This document shows, piece by piece, positions 23,078-33,888 of a stretch of DNA of 64,000 nt (the first letter of the stretch is position 1; every line of letters starts with the position of its first letter). The stretch is from Carcharhinus amblyrhynchos. Its lineage: Eukaryota. Below the pieces are notes generated by a model, which was not told the DNA's origin, made no database searches, and saw only the letters and a program-made list of their open reading frames with translations. The DNA lies in the NCBI GenBank assembly GCA_965287045.1, contig OZ336879.1:35774001-35838000 (forward strand). Direction: 5' to 3'. The translations under genes and the position numbers were made by a program.

Positions 23078-23886
23078 ACTGCAGGTACTAGGCAGTTTTA
23101 AATGCTGACCACTCAAATATCTGGAACAGCCATAGAGAAGCCAACCAATATCAAGCAAAGACTTTGTCGGTGGTAATTCAATTGAATAGTGGGTGCTGAC
23201 TGAATGCTAAATGGACACTACACTAACATAGGTGTATGATACAAGCTGTAAGGGAGATTTATAATGTCAACACATACTGTTTTTAGAAACTAAAAGTGTG
23301 TTAGATGAAACAGAATTAATTTCCATTTACCAGAAACTAGTGATGTTATAAAGGGAGAAGTAATCTTCTTATTTAGTTACGTTCAAAATATTTAATCAAA
23401 TAAGTCTCCAGTCTCTAGCAATATCTGCTTCATGTTAAAGATAAATGCAAGTCTGTATTGTATAATTTCTATTCTTCTAATTTGAAAACTTCAATTGATT
23501 TCTCAAATCTTCACGTAACAGAAAAATGTAAAGTGTTTTTTCCGGAAATTAAAAACACAGTAGCCTTAAGTTGATGTCTTGGTTTCACTGGCCTAAAGGA
23601 AGGGACATTATTTTAATTCATTTTACAGTGCAAATATCAATTCAAATTTAGAACAAGCTTTCAGATCACTCCTAATCCTTTTATAACAGACAGATTCAGA
23701 AACTCCAGAACCATTACTGGACAACGATTAAGCATTGGGTACTCTTCACTTCCGATGCCAGCATATTTTCACAATAATGAAGAGACTGCATTGTGCCTCT
23801 TGTCATAATGGTTATGAACAGTTTGTAGCTAAATGGAGAAAAGAGATGATTGTTCTTGTCTTTGGGAAAGATGAGATAGTGCTTAC

Positions 23887-23979
23887 CTTGTCCAACTTTC
23901 ATTATAAGCTTCATGGCTTTTGTCTGGCAGACACCGCCTTCTCGATTTTCCAGCCCTTCCAAAGTACCATTTGATGTTG
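23887..23979 (-). CDS. efnb2: Ephrin-B2 coding exon 3
   Basis: (S)[31 protein letters not shown]-rich tract plus CAG acceptor (AG 23980-23981), GTAAGC donor, 93 bp, phase 1-1, in frame with exon 2. Confidence 0.98.
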
Positions 23980-24884
23980 CTGAAAAAAAATGCAAAAAGG
24001 TATAATCGTCAAAATTCAATCCAATATCTGCAGAAATCCTGTATTTTTCAAACAAAGTCACTTTTAGTTTACATATTACAATTACATTCACAAACCTGAA
24101 CATTGGAACATTTTATTTAATACTTCCACTTCCTACCCCTCCCCCATTCACTTAAGATAACACAGTAATCCATCAGCTATCGAAATCTAATCTTCTAAAA
24201 GACGGTTAAGAATAGGCCTGTAATGTGGCACCACATCAACAGATTTGGAGAATTGTGGAGACATATAGCTTTTAGATGGAAAGATCAATAACATGAAACA
24301 ATTTTGTGTGTAAATCTGGCCCGTCAATGTTGGAAGCGGTTTTTATGACCTATTAGACTAAAACACCAAGGACATCACTGTTAAAACTGCACCCAAACAT
24401 AGAGCAAGCACAGGGCTCTGGAAATGCTAATAAAGATGTTATCTGCCACTCCACCTGGCCATTTGATTACAGGTGTACACCTACAATAGCTAGACAGGTG
24501 AAACCAAGCAATAAAACTAATTCCAAAGACTATATTAGTTATTTGAAAAACATTCAGATACCAAAGTAAATCTTTATTGAAACGTGACCCTTTCAGTTTG
24601 TTGATCAAAAATAAGAAATCAATCTATTTGGGGGCCTAGGAAAAGAAGTGTTGGTTTTTAAACAGGATCAGACTTCAGTTTACTATCTACAAACCTCAGA
24701 ACAGAAATAAAAAGGGGTGGAACAAATACTACAAAGCTTGAATAACAAACATAAAACAATATAAAATGTATTATCCCGAAGTAAATTTCCCTCATTAGTT
24801 TTTTTTACAAAATAGCACAAGAATTTGATATTCATTTTGTGTTCTACATATCCATTTTTTCAAGCAAGACATTTAAACAGGAAG

Positions 24885-25165
24885 AGATAATTTGCACTTT
24901 TTCACAATCTCAGATTGTCCCAGAGCATTTTGCAGCCACAAAAGTAATTTTGAAATGAAAATCACTGTTGTAATGTGGTAGCCAATTTGTACACAGCAAG
25001 CTCCCAGAAACAGCAATAAAGTAAATAACGAAATCATTTGTTTTAGTGAAATTGGTCCAGATATAAATGTTTGCCAAGACACTGAGGAAAACACTCCTGC
25101 TCTTCTTCAGGTAGTGCTGCAGGGTCTTCTGTTTACTTGTAGAGCAGACAAAATCACAGTTTTGA
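24885..25165 (-). mobile_element. Deu-domain SINE
   Basis: TCACTGTTGTAATGTGGTAGCCAATTTGTACACAGCAAGCTCCCA..GACACTGAGGAAAACACTCCTGCTCTTCTTC. Confidence 0.7.
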
Positions 25166-25524
25166 CATTTTTTAATGGAAACAGTGCTGAAAATACCATT
25201 GAGCCTAGAGTGGCAGGAAAAGCACCTGACAATGTGAGGTTGCTGAATTAGTGCATGCTGTTGAAATTACAAGCTCGCTGAACACTTTGGATTAATAAAT
25301 GAACCTATTTAAACTAATTAATTTCCCTTCCAATACAATAACTTCAAAGCACTGTGTTAGAAGGGCTCACTGTTCAAACAAAAAATTACAATTAAAAAAA
25401 TGAAGTAGAATTCTTTTTATTTGGATTATAAGGGAAGATTTAATTATCTTTGGGTGCACTTGCATGGATACACCCAAATAACACCTTCAAGGACTTTATT
25501 AAAACTCAGTTCATTCTATAAATA

Positions 25525-25890
25525 TATTAATAGGAAGAGTCAGCAATATGGCCCTTCAAGCCTGTTCCGTTATTCAATAAGGTTATGGCTAATCTACCTC
25601 AAATTCACTGTCCTATACCACTCCTGTGTCCGTTAATTCCACTGGTATCCAAAAATGTATCTGACGTGAATTTTCATAGCTCTCTGGGCTAAAGAATTCA
25701 AAAAATCAACAATCATTTGAATGAAGAAAATTCTCTTCATCTCAGTCCTAAATTGTCAACCCTTTAGTTTGAGACCGTGACCCCATGTTTTAAATTCCCC
25801 AGCCAGGGGAAGCATGTTCTCAACATTTAACCTATCAAGCCCCATAAGAATTTTACCTGTTTCAATGCAAACATCTCATTTTTCTGAACA
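25525..25890 (-). mobile_element. CR1 LINE 3' end
   Basis: GGCCCTTCAAGCCTGTTCCGTTATTCAATAAGGTTATGGCT..TCATCTCAGTCCTAAAT..TTTGAGACCGTGACCCC. Confidence 0.75.
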
Positions 25891-28800
25891 CCAGTGATAT
25901 GAAGAATACAAACTATGACCTAGAAATTCCCTTTGAATGCTAGCAGGTTTAGCACACTTCCATGACATCGCATTATTTTAATGCTGTTAGCCCATTTACA
26001 AAGTAGACAAGCAAATGTCATAAATTAGTTAAGAGTTCACCTGTGAACATTGTTGGCAATTGTCACATTGAACATGTATGTCTAAGCCAACTGAAGCTAT
26101 GTGATTAGGCTAGATTCATTTTTCTAAGAATGATAAGAGGTGTAGAGGCACTAGCACCAATTTCCAAATGTAGATTCCAAGAAATGCAGATCAAGGGGCA
26201 ACTATAGGTTAAAAGCAGGTGAAAGGTTAAATTAAACTAAGTTTAACATGGAGGTAATGAGGTTGGTATGGCAGGGTGAATGGGGTGAATTCCTAACTGA
26301 GGCCATTTGTCATAGGTTAGCTAATGAACTGAGCCACGAGAGGGCACCTATATGCATGTGACCAGGCTCAATTAACAATTAATGAAGAAAACTTATCATT
26401 TTCCCATAAACTGGGACAAATGGGAGCCTTCTTGGCAGTATAGAAGAATGTAAGGGGCAACAGTTACAACAAATATAAAAATGAAAGAACACAATTAAAA
26501 ACAGTTACAGTGCTTAATTATTTTATATTGGGCTTTGATGTACCCTTCACATATCTAATTATTCTGCATATACTGATCACCAAATTATTTTGGAATACTT
26601 GCATGCAAACAGTTAACAGGCCTGACTAAAATTACTTTCCATGCAGGCATCCGCCAGGTTAAATTGTTACCATCTCCACCAAATTTCAGACAAATACATT
26701 TAAATGCTTGTAGGTTATTGATACAAGTTAATTCTGGAAGCCATAGTTTTGCTTCACTCGCCACTATCATTCAGCCTGCCCCAAACCCCCTCCTTAATCC
26801 AACCTGTCCCTCCTCCCTTCATCCTAGTTGGCGTCACAGACACAACCTAAAGCCTGTCATCTCAATTAGTTACCATGCGTTGGCTGTGAAATGGGATCGG
26901 GCAGAGAAACACAACTGTGCTTTGCTCAGGCTGCCAGTATGCAAAGTAACCACCTTGGCAAGATTGCTTGATTGCACTCTATTTAAAATGTATGAAAGAA
27001 TTATTGGTAGAAAGTGCAGCATAATTTGGCATGTTTTTGAGGTCAAGTGACAAAAAAAATGAACAATTCTACATTCAACAATCTCAAAGGATCCGTGAAG
27101 TTTGCTTCAGATGATGTCTAGTTTCTCAATGCATTTTCCCCATGAAATTTCTAGGGTGGGAGTTGGGGGGGGGAGGGAATGCGGATGGAATCCATAATGA
27201 ATTCAAAACTCATGTTGGATAAAGAATAAAGAGACTGTTGGCTGAAGTTAGTCTGAGTCCTTGCTGGAGCCACATCACAACCCAATCCACATAATTAATC
27301 TGACAATTAGCCAAGGATGCTTGAGGAAATTATTTGAAACATTCATAGGGGCTGTCAAGCTATCACCTCACACCTCCAGCTGCACAAGGTCAAGCTGTAA
27401 GCAAAGCTTCCCACTGCAAACCTGCACTTTATGCTTACTAAAAGAGACAAATCAGCTGGTGATGCTCAGGATGCCAGAGCTTCATGTCATTAGTACCTGT
27501 TGAAAGCTGTGTGTGTAAGTCAAACACAAGAGCAACTGCAAAGTATTCTCGATAGACTGCAGCTGTAGGAGGTTGATCGCTAAGCACACACCGACTGCAT
27601 CACCCCCTACCTCTGCCTTTTTTGAAGTTTTGTTTCTCAACTTGAAAACACCTTTCAACAGCAAACCGCCTCCCAGGTTAACTGTGTAACACAACATGTT
27701 GTTTGAAAAACAGCTTTGAAAACAAATATTGTAAATTAACCCTCTGTGGTTTTGGCTTCTAAGTGCCAACAAGTTCATATTGCGTCCTATTCTACAGGGT
27801 AAAATGTGACACTGGAGTGGCTTGAGAAAAAATCATTAGCTTCTCAAGGCGAATCCATATTTCACAGGGAACAGCACTGCACCTTCTTGCAGTCAAAATA
27901 AACTGAAACTAGCATTTGATTGTATGTCCTGGAACTGCTTAATTCCATGAGTGGTCTGTGTAGGATTATGGGAAACTTGAGCCTCTATCCATCAGCTGTA
28001 AATGACAGCTGAGTGCTACCTTGCAGTAATAATAAAATCTCAAAATAATTTCTCATTGTTTCTGCAATACAGAATTTGGAAAAAGTGCTGGATGGAAGAT
28101 TTTCAGGTTGAGAGTTCTGCCTGCTCATCCAGCTAAATCTCAACAGCTTTGTATAAGGAAAATGGTGCTGAGGAGCTAGAAATGCTACATTTGCAGAGCA
28201 GGTTACTGCCTACTCCATGTTTTTAATCAATATATCAAAATCTGACTGTTATTTTAGTCCAAACAAATATTGAATGACAATAACTTGCAACATTGAGTGA
28301 AGATAATCTGACAGTCAATAGATCAGGCATACAACAGCATCTTTCCTGTCTGAGTCACGACTGCATTAAACCAGCATACACCATCAGACTAATGCATGGC
28401 TTTCAAAGGTTGCCAAAGTAACCTAAACTGAAAGCAGCTATACCTTGTTTTTGCTAGTGCGTGCTATGTTTTCACTTTATATCTCCCTATGATGGTGGTG
28501 CTCGTACACACAAGGATCTAATAACAACCTTGATGGAAAGGAATAGAGATTTATATTCAGAATGGTGAGGATAGAGTTGGGGATAGAATGATTTGCACCA
28601 CAATTCCAAGGAGAACAATGTCACTATTGGCTTCATAATGTTTATCTAGCTGTGGCACCTGTCAAAAATAGCAAGGACTATAGCCACTGTTACAAGGCTA
28701 TCATCAAAATTGTGCACAAGTTTAAAAATAGGCTGATGACATGAATTAATGAGTAGAAGCTGAATGCACTTACACAAGTGCCGCTTCTGGATTTGATATT

Positions 28801-29824
28801 TTCCCAAAGCTCAACGGAAGGGAAGTTATATTACATTTTAATATGTCTTCATTTGATCATTATTACGCTGCTTCTCCAGGGACTGACTGTACTTCATATA
28901 GAGCATGGTCTCAGCCATCTCTGGTCTATCAGGTCAGTAACATTGCTTTGCTTTAATCACATGATGAATTAAGCTGTTGGATTTGTGCCGATAGTGTCGT
29001 ATTCACTGCCAGTTATCAGAGCTCGAACAGGAATAGCAGATTCAGCCCTGCTTCTTCCTCCAGTATCTCATCAATAGAAGGCAAAGCCACTAATGCGTTG
29101 ACTTTTTCATCTTGACCCAGATCAGCCACGGTATTCTACCTGCTGCTGGTAGTTCACACAATATGCAGCCTTAAGCCTTGCCCCCATTTCCTCACAATTT
29201 AACAGTTCAATCCAAGGTGCATTTGCCTTTGTGAATTCAGTATTGGCCCTGCCAATTATAAGAGGCCAGAACTCAAAGATTTTAGTAGTGTTTTAGAGAC
29301 AACACTGGCTGAAATGCAGCAAAGAGGTTCTCACTCTCCCCTAAAATAATCACAGGAGAACGGATACTTTCTTTCAAAAGGAATGAGTAGCTCAAGCCAG
29401 TTCACACTATTCACAGCAGGCAAATTAAAAGCAGGGGAGAGGAAGAGAAAATTCAATGGAAATAGTTTGCATTACAAAAGGCTTATTTTTTTAACAAAAT
29501 TAAATTTGAAAATCTCCAGCTGGAGAGTCAGCCTATGGCTCCTTTTTATCTATTTTTAACTCACTTTTTCTCAAATGAATTCTCTGATGATATCCATGTA
29601 GAACTTAGCTGAGAGAATCTGTGTAGCATTAACACTTGTTCAGGAAGGTGAACGCATCGTGAACATTCATAAGCAATTCACGACTGCAGATTGGCCCACT
29701 GAAGTTAGCATTTGATCAATTATTGCCATACAGTAGCATGAAGCTCAAGTAAAAGGCCTTAAAAGAAAATCCCCTGAGCAATTACACAGCGCACAGATTA
29801 GCTGGTTGAAGTCAACTTAAAAGT

Positions 29825-30500
29825 GTCAGCTGTGACTGCATTGGTAGCACTCTTACCTTGGACTTCTGAAGGTTAGTTATGGGCTCCAATCCCACTCCAG
29901 AGAATTCAGCACAAAGTCTATGCTGGCACACTAGTGCTGATGGAGGGCTGCACTGACATGTCCTGTCCTTTAATGATGAGGCCCCATCTGTTTGCTCAGA
30001 TGGACAGAAAAGATCCAACAGTTTCCCTTCGAAGGACAGCAGTGAAGTTCTTTTAGAATCATAGAAACCCTACAGTGGAGAAAGAGGCCATTGGGCCCGT
30101 TGAGTCTGCACCAACCACAATCCCACCCAGGCCCTACCTCCATATCCCTACATATTTACCCGCTAATCCCTCTAACCTACGGATTTCAGGACACTAAGGG
30201 GCAAATTTTAGCATGGCCAATCAACCTAACTCGCACATTTTTAAACTGTGGGAGGAAACTGGGGCACCCAGAGGAAACCTACACAGACACGAGGAGAATG
30301 TGCAAACTCCACACAGGCAGTGACCCAAGCCGGGAATCGAACCCAGGTCCCTGGAGCTGTGAAGCAGCAGTGCTAACCACTGTGCTACCGTGCGGCCATC
30401 TTGTTGGTGTCTTGCCCAGTATTTACCCCTCAACTCACAGATTAGCTGGACATTACCTTTTTGCTGTTTTTGGGATCACATTGTGTAAAATTTGGTTGTC
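29825..30500 (+). mobile_element. Deu-domain SINE split by an HE1 insertion
   Basis: Head TGGTAGCACTCTTACC..AATCCCACTCCAGAGA, core GAGGCCCCATCTG..AAAAGATCC, resuming at ~30400 with GGTGTCTTGCCCAGTATTTACCCCTCAA. Confidence 0.7.
30054..30397 (-). mobile_element. HE1-type V-SINE, full length (tRNA head, V core, CR1-derived tail)
   Basis: Minus strand GCACGGTAGCACAGTGGTTAGCACTGCTGCTTCACAGCTCCAGGGACCTGGGTTCGATTCCC..V core..TGTAGGGTTTCTATGATTC; highly similar to the 48319 and 50673 copies. Confidence 0.9.
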
Positions 30501-30521
30501 TGGACTCAGATGAGAACAGCA

Positions 30522-30836
30522 ACTCACCTGGGGAAAGGCTGATTAGCCATGCTAAAATTGTTCCTTAATGTCCATAGATGCATAGGTTAGAGGGATTAGT
30601 GGGTAAATATGTAGGGATATGGGGATAGGGCCTGTGGGATTGTGGTTGGTACAGACTCGATGGGCCAAATGGCCTCTTTCTGCACTGAAGGGTTTCTATG
30701 ATTCTTTCTGTGATTCTATGGGGAAGGAACAGTGCTCCGAAAGCTCGTGATTCCAAATAAATCTATTGGACTTTAGTTTGATTTTGTGAAAGTTCTTACT
30801 GTGCCCACCCCAATCCACTGCCGGTATTTCCACATC
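30522..30836 (+). mobile_element. Penelope-like family A repeat interrupted by a SINE
   Basis: ACTCACCTGGGGAA [SINE] GGAACAGTGCTCCGAAAGCTCGTG..CCAAATAAATCTATTGGACTTT..CCGGTATTTCCACATC. Confidence 0.75.
30536..30718 (+). mobile_element. 5'-truncated HE1 SINE (3' half)
   Basis: GATTAGCCATGCTAAAATTG..GGTTAGAGGGATTAG..GATGGGCCAAATGGCCTCTTTCTGCACTG..GATTCTA, flanked by TGGGGAA direct repeats. Confidence 0.85.
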
Positions 30837-31318
30837 CCAGCTGAGGATACCATGAGACTTTGCTGAAAGCCCAGAAATCTGTTGCAGCAGTGGAACACCA
30901 AAGCCGCAAAGAAAACATTGTTTGGCTGACAGCTCTGATTTTCTGATCCATGCTGTCAAGTTCACAATGTTTATTTACACAAGGGAGTAGAGGTTTCAAG
31001 TGCTTGCAGTTCCTGCAATTATTACTTTTAAGAGTCTGGATGATTGACACATTTGTTGCTCTGCAGTAAAAAGGAATTTTTTTTTTTAAAATGAAAATTA
31101 TCAATGAATGGCAGATTTCTTTTTAAAGGGTTTGTTTTACACATCCTATTGCCACTAATGGTTCATTGGTTCTGTACAGTGTATAGTGAATGAATAGGCA
31201 TAGAAGTGAAATAGCTTGGCATGCGAAGCATAAAGGGCCAAAGGGATTACTTGGAGTGGCATAACTTGATATCGGGGGCACGAAGAGCCATAGGGTGCAT
31301 AATTTCTTAAGAGGGGCA

Positions 31319-33595
31319 TTTGGGTTTTGGAAACTGCAATCTTGTATTACCTGACTTGTACTAGCTTGCCATAGCTATGTGACTGTCATGAGGCTGCCAT
31401 TTCCAGCCAGTTCAATAAAGACTCTCACTGATTACCAATTGAAGTAGTACAGCCATCCTGATACATGAAACATGTCAGTAGATAGTGGCAAAAAATGGTT
31501 TGAAACTTTCAAAAGAAGCAGGGAACCCAAGAATGCAGGAAGGTGCATTTGGCAGAATAGGCCAAAAACTAAGAAAATCATGGCAAACTTTCCAATTCCA
31601 TCTCTAGTCAAAATGAACAGTGATGTGGCAGAATTGGTAGTTCTTCCATTTAGAAAGGCAAAATTATGAAATTGCAACAGGCTTAATTAACAAGCTGGAA
31701 AAGATAAAAGTAGCTATACTGTTAACACTGCTGGGGGCGGACTGTTACAAAGTGTATACCAGGGAACAAAGAAAATGGAAACTTTTGAAAACTTTAAATG
31801 CATATTAAATGTGTTCAATATTAGAGTTCAGAATAAAGATGAGACTATTAAAAGTCATAGCACTAATTCAGCTAACAGAATCAAATGAACTTGAATGGCT
31901 AAAAGATGATCTGATTAAGGATCGATTGGTCCGCGGTGAGAGAGACCCCTTGTTGAGAGCAAATTTACTAAAAGACGAGAAACTGACAAAAGCATAGATC
32001 AATACACAGAAGTTGTGAATCAACAACTAAAGCATATGTCTGACAGAGCAGATCAGGAGATGCATTATGCTGAGAGATGGTGCAAGCCGAAAAAGCTGAG
32101 CAATCGCAGACAAAGTGCAGGATGAAAATAGTGCAGAGCACTGCACACAGAGTTAAAGAAGAATTGTCCGATATGGGGAAAGTGAGAAGCAAAATCATTC
32201 TACACACGAATATTTGACCAGAAAAAAGCAGAAGAAGCCTACACAGATGGTCACTAGAGAGTTATCAGCAGCTGAGTCTGAGGAAGAACTATACACAACA
32301 CAACATGATTGTGTCAGTCAAGTCAATACGCAACAAGTGGTTTGTGACTGTTACAATGATGATCAGATGAAGTGGCTGTGTGAAGTGGCTCAACGTGCAG
32401 ATCCAAAATGAAATGCTTGAAAGTAAGATTAGAGGCTGTTTGATGGTACAAGGCTCATACTAAGGTGAATTAGTCTGACAACTTAATGCAATGGTAAGGA
32501 AGAGGTCTTAGTATCTTCCAGATAATAGATGGGATGCAACAACCACTCATCTCAGCTGGAGCATGTCTAAAGCTTGGGCTGGTAACCTTGAATATGCCAA
32601 CAGAGAAAGGGCCACTAAAAGACTCCAAGGAAGGAGCAGAAAGAGATCTCAAAGCAAGGGAGATGGAAAACCCCAGGAAAAGGAAGACAATATTCAAGTA
32701 ACCCATAAGCTGGTTGTAGGCCTTGCCAGTGCAATGAAATGCACCAACTGAAAGTCAATGAAGTAATTCTACAAGAAAATAGTCCTGTCCACATGCAAAC
32801 TACTCTTTCAACAGCAAAAAAAACTCCTGAAAACAGAGGTATTAACAGAGGTGAGTGAAAAGATCAAAGTGAAATTACAGAAGGACAAATTTCAGTTTCA
32901 CAAGACTGCCAAACAGGCAGGTGCAAACTTTCAATGCACTCAATGGGAGTCAGCCCTCAGAGAATGCATAGGGATACAGTTATCTTGATCATACATCGTG
33001 GCGTGCACGAGCATATGAACTAGCCTAGCTGCAGGCATATCCAAACTAGCAAAGCAATTCCTTTGCAGCAAATGGATGGCCAGGAAGGAGGGATCTCACC
33101 AGCTGAGTAGCGCACTAGCATTAATCACAGAAATCCATGAGTCCCACAATGGAACAACAAGTCACCAAGTCAACAAGGGCCATAGAAATGGCACAATCTG
33201 GACAAAGAACATCACACAGCGAAACAGTCAATGTCAACATGCATGCATTCCATTAAGAAATCTACATGGTTTAAAGACTATGCACTGCATATTCAGAGAT
33301 TGGCTAATAAAACAAACAGTTGTTAATGCATGAGAACAGCGGATGTAGCGTGGGTAGCTCACAGTCATACGTGCAAATATATCTTTTGCTCGCTAGGAAA
33401 AAATAGGATGTCTATCTTTTTTTATATGAAAAGGGGATATTTGGATTTGAAATGCAAACCTGCATTACCTAACTAACTGGACTATCATAATTGTGTGACT
33501 CTGCCATGTGGCAAGTACTGTAGGCTCTCACTTCTAACCAGTTCAGTAAAGATTACCACTGATTACTGAAGTACAGCTGACTTGTACATGAAACA
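31319..33595 (+). mobile_element. Internally deleted, decayed Gypsy LTR retrotransposon
   Basis: Diverged ~155 bp direct repeats at 31319-31472 and 33438-33595 (CCAGTTCA[A/G]TAAAGA..CACTGATTAC..TACATGAAACA). PPT AAAAGGGGA precedes the 3' repeat. Gag-like LEWLKDDLIKDRLVRGERDPLLRANLLKDEKLT. Confidence 0.8.
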
Positions 33596-33888
33596 GTGTT
33601 GGGGGGGGGGATGTGTGGAGGGCTGCTGTGGAGGGCATGAGGTGGCATGTTTGTGATGTGGAGTACGTAGGGCTTAGCAGGTGTGATGGATGAGGGCTGG
33701 AGGACCTTTCTGGTTTTACTTGAACTGGGACAAAGTCCCACAGCCCTCGAAAAAAGCCTGACTCTGCCCTCAACAACCCATGTGGCCGCCTCCAAACATA
33801 TTTCCAGGTCAACACACAGAGGCAGGTGAGCCGAGCTCATAACTTTCCCAACTCCTGCTTCCTGCCTTGAGAGTGAAAAATCAAGCCC
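33596..33888. mobile_element. MITE-like DNA element flank (probably continuous with 31170-31300 and split by the Gypsy)
   Basis: G-rich GGCATGAGGTGGCATG region ending GAAAAATCAAGCCC. Confidence 0.45.

Noticed and set aside
30320-30397. tRNA-like A/B box sequence (also at 48590-48660 and 50940-51012)
   Set aside because: These are SINE heads continuous with the V core, not cloverleaf tRNA genes.
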